A stretch of DNA of 64,000 nucleotides. Origin: Thalia democratica (lineage: Eukaryota). The notes beneath the pieces were generated by a model, which made no database searches, was not told the origin of the DNA, and was given only the letters and a program-made list of their open reading frames with translations. The position numbers and the translations under genes are program-made. Positions within the stretch are counted from its first letter, which is position 1. Each line of letters opens with the position of its first letter. The DNA lies in assembly GCA_965202585.1 (NCBI GenBank), contig OZ241834.1, forward strand, positions 26,970,001-27,034,000, in the 5' to 3' direction. Shown one piece after another: positions 62,001-64,000 of this stretch.

Positions 62001-64000
62001 TTTGCAGTTTTTTTAGTGCTTTCAGACCGACAACTTCCTTTTACCACAGATAGGCAATTTTGAAAATAAACAAATTTTATGATTATTGGGCAGAACAGAA
62101 TAGTTGTTGTGATTTGAATTAGCATAATGTTGTGTTGTAGCAGCGGAAGTTGTGGCAGAAAATAAAAAGTGGCGGATTAGCTTTTTCGCGAACAAAGATT
62201 AAGCGGGCCGTGAAAATTTAATGCGGCAAAGCTGTTTTTGTTTGCTACAACTGTTTTTTTTCGCTACTGTGCGCCATGCCACTAACGATTGCAAGTTTCA
62301 GTTTGATAATAATTTTTTCGGTTGCTCGATTATGTAAATTTGAGTTGTACTTTGCTAGCTATTTGTACAAGTTGCTAAACCGTACCGGAGAAGATTAAAA
62401 AATTACCATGTGAAGCTACCATGTTATTAAAAAGTAAATATTTGCGTCTGATGCACAAACAAAATAGCACAAATACTTTTCACTTAAAACTCTCGACCAA
62501 CTTTTAATGATCCACCACCACCAGCATTTGATGAGCCACTCTAAACTTTTCAAGTGTTTTCTTTTCAAGGGTTTTCATCGGCCTCGTTGAAATTCCATCG
62601 AGCACAAACTTTAATCAAGTTTAAACTGCCATTGTTTTCATTTTAACTGTTTTTCGTTGGCTGCAGCAGCAACTTATATTATTTATTTTCAATTTATTTT
62701 TATGCAGAACCAGTCGAGCATGAGGTCGCTGATGACGTCATCGACCAACGTCACGGACTGCGACGAAGTCACGGACGACGACGAGATCGAGTGCGCGATC
62801 AGCGAAGCGTGGAAGCTCGACGTCACGAGCGATGACGTCACGAAGGACAAAAAGGCGAGGTGGTCGCGGCTGAACAGCGAGGTTGTGACGTCACAGTCGC
62901 CTTTGAACCCCGGCAGCGACGTCGAGTTGAAGGTGAGTTGAACTTGATCGAGATTGAGTTACAAGTTGAACGTTATTTTTTCTAGGAAGAAGCAGTTATG
63001 TAACAGTATATTGTACCGAGTACGACAACAATAAGTACAAAACTAAAGTAGCATGAAAATTGATTTGATTTTTTCTTTCAAATAGAAGAAGTTTAATATG
63101 TTGAAAATGCAGAAAAATACATTTTTAGTTTGCCTCGAAGAAAACATAGTCTGCTGTTCCCAATCTTTAACTTGACTATTTTTCTAACAGAACTCGCTGT
63201 CAGAAGAACAAACCGTCTCGTTGGGCTCTCCCAGCAAACAAAGAAAACCGAAGCCCGACAAGAAGGCCAAAGTGCAGAAGAACGGCAGCTTCTTCAAGAA
63301 GGTCGGCTCGGACCTGCGCAAGCTCAAGCAAGGATCTTTCAGGAAGAAGGAGTCGTCGAAGAAGAACCTGCTGAAGATCGGCGACCCGGTGCTGATATCG
63401 GGCAAGGAGCGGATGGCCAAGATGAAGTGCGTTTCGATCGAGGAGCCCGCGCTGAGGAGAAAGTCCTCTTCCCCCTCCCTCGTGTCTTCCTCGTCTTCTT
63501 CGGGATGCGCGTACAGCGTGAACGGGTTCAGCAGAGACGTGAGTTGAACATTTATATTACTAAAAATTAATTTAACATGTTTCAAATACCTTTTTTAAGA
63601 TAGATAAACTTTACTTTAAAATGTATTTAAGTTGTTAATTTTTTGAACTTAATTTATTATTTTATTAAAGTTTTTTATCTTTAAGTTGAAGTTTTAGCTT
63701 TTAATGTCAAACCAACTTTATTTAGTAAAAAGTTAATCAATTATTTATAGTTTTTTGAGCAACCGAATGGAACTTAAGTCTTTTACACTTTTTGTTTTAT
63801 TCATTCACAATGCAATAAAACTTTTTAACTAAATTTAATTTTTTTAGAACTCCTTGGAAAACCAAATAAGCTTCAAGCCCGCCAAGCCCCAGCCGCCCAT
63901 CAAGACCGCCTCCTCCGACAGCCTCTTCCTCACACCCTCCACCCACGTGCCCGGTACTTTCCCCATGTCGATACGCAACAACGACTCCTCACCGGGGTCC
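25290..64000 (+). CDS. DLC1: DLC1/STARD13/STARD8-family SAM-RhoGAP-START protein, long isoform, 3'-incomplete (810 aa within the window)
   Basis: join(25290-26039, 29218-29670, 33613-33762, 35050-35160, 35726-35753, 43508-43579, 45549-45630, 52849-52906, 62708-62932, 63191-63538, 63848->64000); all GT-AG, phase-consistent and stop-free. SAM segment AIEACRWLKSAGFPQYAHLYEDGKFPINL..DHDFLD..ERRLTVLNKCASLKL matches the family signature EACDWLRAxGFPQYAQLYED..FPI..HDFLD..RRLNTLNKCA.MKL. Downstream CAIS..W..RWSRL, I.DPVL..CV.I and HVPGTFP (human HKPGTFP) also match. Best read as the invertebrate pro-ortholog of DLC1/STARD13/STARD8. Confidence 0.93.
29218..29670 (+). CDS. DLC1: DLC-family exon B (151 aa)
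   Basis: Acceptor TTTTTCTCCCAACAG, donor AAT|GTAAGA, phase 0-0, GC-rich. Confidence 0.85.
32880..33980. repeat. Pair of ~140-bp direct repeats flanking exon C (~32880-33030 and ~33842-33980)
   Basis: Near-identical core AGCTCAGCTTAAAAACATTCTACAAAAACTTTAG(T/C)ACAGTTTA..AAGTTTAAAAAAGCAACTCTT at 32935 and 33886. Confidence 0.85.
33613..33762 (+). CDS. DLC1: DLC-family exon C (NQDMDKCSG...SRRNSDQ, 50 aa)
   Basis: Acceptor TTTTTTTCAAAG, donor CAA|GTAATT, phase 0-0. Confidence 0.8.
35050..35160 (+). CDS. DLC1: DLC-family exon D (KEAFSATSS...KNVLLSK, 37 aa)
   Basis: Acceptor TATTTTCAG, donor AAA|GTGAGC, phase 0-0. Confidence 0.8.
35726..35753 (+). CDS. DLC1: 28-nt microexon E (QLHRSRKLS+E)
   Basis: Acceptor TTTTGTTTCAG, donor G|GTTAGT. 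Supplies exactly the phase 0 to 1 shift needed to join exon D to the first SAM exon. Confidence 0.7.
35869..36620. mobile_element. Tc1/mariner (pogo/Tigger-like) MITE, 752 bp
   Basis: TIRs CAGTAACCTCTCGGATCTTTACGCAC and GTGCGTAAATAAGCGAGAGGTTACTG, TA on both flanks (35867-68, 36621-22), internal CTCTC(G/A)..TTACGCA repeats. Confidence 0.85.
37300..37520 (+). promoter_or_regulatory. CpG island, candidate promoter of DLC-family isoform 2
   Basis: CpG-rich patch ~2.2 kb upstream of the alternative first coding exon at 39761, followed by a T/G-rich tract with AG sites. Confidence 0.4.
38833..39335. repeat. Tandem duplication, two units of ~240 bp
   Basis: Shared ATGACAAATTAATAA..GT(G/T)CATTAG, TAGTTGACATCA, AACTTAGCTATAATTAG and AGACAGTTTTTT in ~38833-39068 and ~39098-39335. 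Confidence 0.8.
39761..40208 (+). CDS. DLC1: Alternative first coding exon of the DLC-family gene (isoform 2; 149 aa basic N-terminus)
   Basis: In-frame stop at 39728-39730 upstream of the ATG. Donor CTCA|GTGAGT in phase 1 joins the SAM exon at 43508 (RYL-K-KQAIEAC). High GC3. Confidence 0.8.
43508..43579 (+). CDS. DLC1: SAM domain exon 1 (KQAIEACRWLKSAGFPQYAHLYE)
   Basis: Acceptor TTTTTTATAG, donor G|GTAAAA, phase 1-1. Contains the family signature. Confidence 0.95.
45549..45630 (+). CDS. DLC1: SAM domain exon 2 (DGKFPINLNDVNMDHDFLDQTQLAAIE-R)
   Basis: Acceptor TCTTTGACAG, donor AG|GTTTGT, phase 1-2. Confidence 0.95.
51010..52735 (+). repeat. Three direct copies of a ~230-bp element (~51010, ~51973, ~52488)
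   Basis: Core TTTTATTA(A/G)TTTCCGTT...TTAATCTTC(T/A)GTTGGAAAGTCATAAA...TTTCATT repeated three times, each preceded by an A/CAA-rich stretch. Confidence 0.85.
52849..52906 (+). CDS. DLC1: SAM domain exon 3 (RLTVLNKCASLKLDRNIFA)
   Basis: Acceptor TACGTCACAG, donor GCG|GTTGGT, phase 2-0. Confidence 0.92.
53664..53878. repeat. Duplicated ~62-bp motif module (53664-53724, 53814-53878)
   Basis: Both copies read TGATCGAT..CTTGAACT-N11-TGAACTTTT..GCGTGACAC(T/C)GAAAATT. Confidence 0.75.
54985..55130 (-). mobile_element. Decayed 3' fragment of an RTE-clade LINE ORF
   Basis: Minus strand with frameshifts gives RLLGHM..QME**RLVME..M and PS-ELDDKK-WHKETV, matching the RTE C-terminal pattern (L/F)GH(I/M)xRMEDNRLVK..M..RGRPxREWLDDIKEW. 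Confidence 0.5.
55550..60450. promoter_or_regulatory. Extended CpG-rich non-coding domain in the SAM3-exon F intron; probable enhancer/promoter cluster for the SAM-less isoform
   Basis: Nearly 5 kb of raised GC/CpG with no credible ORF. Contains TGACGTCA (57080, 58156, 58793), CAGCTG, duplicated GATTA motifs and strong donors (57118, 59870, 59886) upstream of the acceptor at 61088. Confidence 0.55.
59190..59600. repeat. Diverged tandem duplication with ~231-bp period inside the regulatory domain
   Basis: Identical 20-mer CTGCTATCTCAGTCGCATCT at 59236 and 59467, plus colinear GCATGTT(A/G)AGAAAATT, CACCCCTTT, ATCTCGC and TTGTTTTCGT blocks. Confidence 0.8.
61174..61776 (+). CDS. DLC1: Alternative first coding exon of a SAM-less DLC-family isoform (201 aa)
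   Basis: In-frame TGA at 61126-61128, ATG at 61174, 5'UTR acceptor TTTTCCATCACAG at 61088. Donor CAG|GTTTAA in phase 0 is compatible with the exon at 62708. Confidence 0.78.
62708..62932 (+). CDS. DLC1: DLC-family post-SAM exon F (NQSSMRS...CAISEAW...RWSRL...VELK)
   Basis: Acceptor TTTTATGCAG, donor AAG|GTGAGT, phase 0-0. Conserved D/E-rich CAIS..W..RWSR motif. Confidence 0.92.
63191..63538 (+). CDS. DLC1: DLC-family exon G (116 aa, Ser/Lys-rich linker)
   Basis: Acceptor TTTCTAACAG, donor GAC|GTGAGT, phase 0-0. LKIGDPVL..MKCVSI resembles LIISGPIL..LNCVEI. Confidence 0.88.
63848..64000 (+). CDS. DLC1: DLC-family exon H (partial, runs off the window)
   Basis: Acceptor TTTTTTTAG, phase 0. Encodes ...STHVPGTFPMSIRN... 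(family HKPGTFP motif). Confidence 0.88.

Noticed and set aside
63130-63570. 146-aa alternative-frame ORF spanning exon G (similarly 29493-29780, 61148-61363)
   Set aside because: In this frame codon position 3 becomes position 1, so high GC3 removes stops automatically. It starts at an intronic TTG, with no evidence of dual coding.
1-64000. CRISPR arrays, tRNA, rRNA, conserved miRNAs
   Set aside because: No regularly spaced repeat-spacer array, cloverleaf/T-loop, rRNA signature or known mature miRNA sequence was recognised by eye. Simple repeats such as (TA)n(TG)n at ~49800 and (GA)n at ~60270 are ordinary microsatellites.

Overview
AT-rich eukaryotic genomic DNA with GT-AG spliceosomal introns. 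It is most likely an ascidian tunicate, which is an inference from gene style, TGACGTCA-laden exons and candidate outrons, not a database result. Three protein-coding genes were reconstructed by hand across splice sites. (1) A minus-strand PRXL2C/AAED1 (peroxiredoxin-like 2C) homolog at 8640-11136, in which the redox CxxC motif is replaced by EQST. (2) A plus-strand two-exon orphan 7TM/GPCR-like gene at 15706-16790, whose intron begins with a synonymous copy of the next exon's first codons. (3) The 5' ~39 kb of a DLC1/STARD13/STARD8-family RhoGAP gene (25290 to beyond 64000), with a three-exon SAM domain, a 28-nt microexon and at least three mutually exclusive N-termini, one lacking SAM; its RhoGAP and START domains should lie beyond the window. 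The rest is AT-rich intron/intergenic DNA with MITEs, two decayed LINE fragments, local duplications, a hammerhead-like fragment and many CpG-rich regulatory islands. The most unusual signal is at least 17 perfect TGACGTCA palindromes, in both non-coding islands and coding exons (two reading frames), including an apparent insertion into a conserved protein motif. No CRISPR, rRNA or tRNA was recognised. All counts are manual and human reference motifs are quoted from memory.
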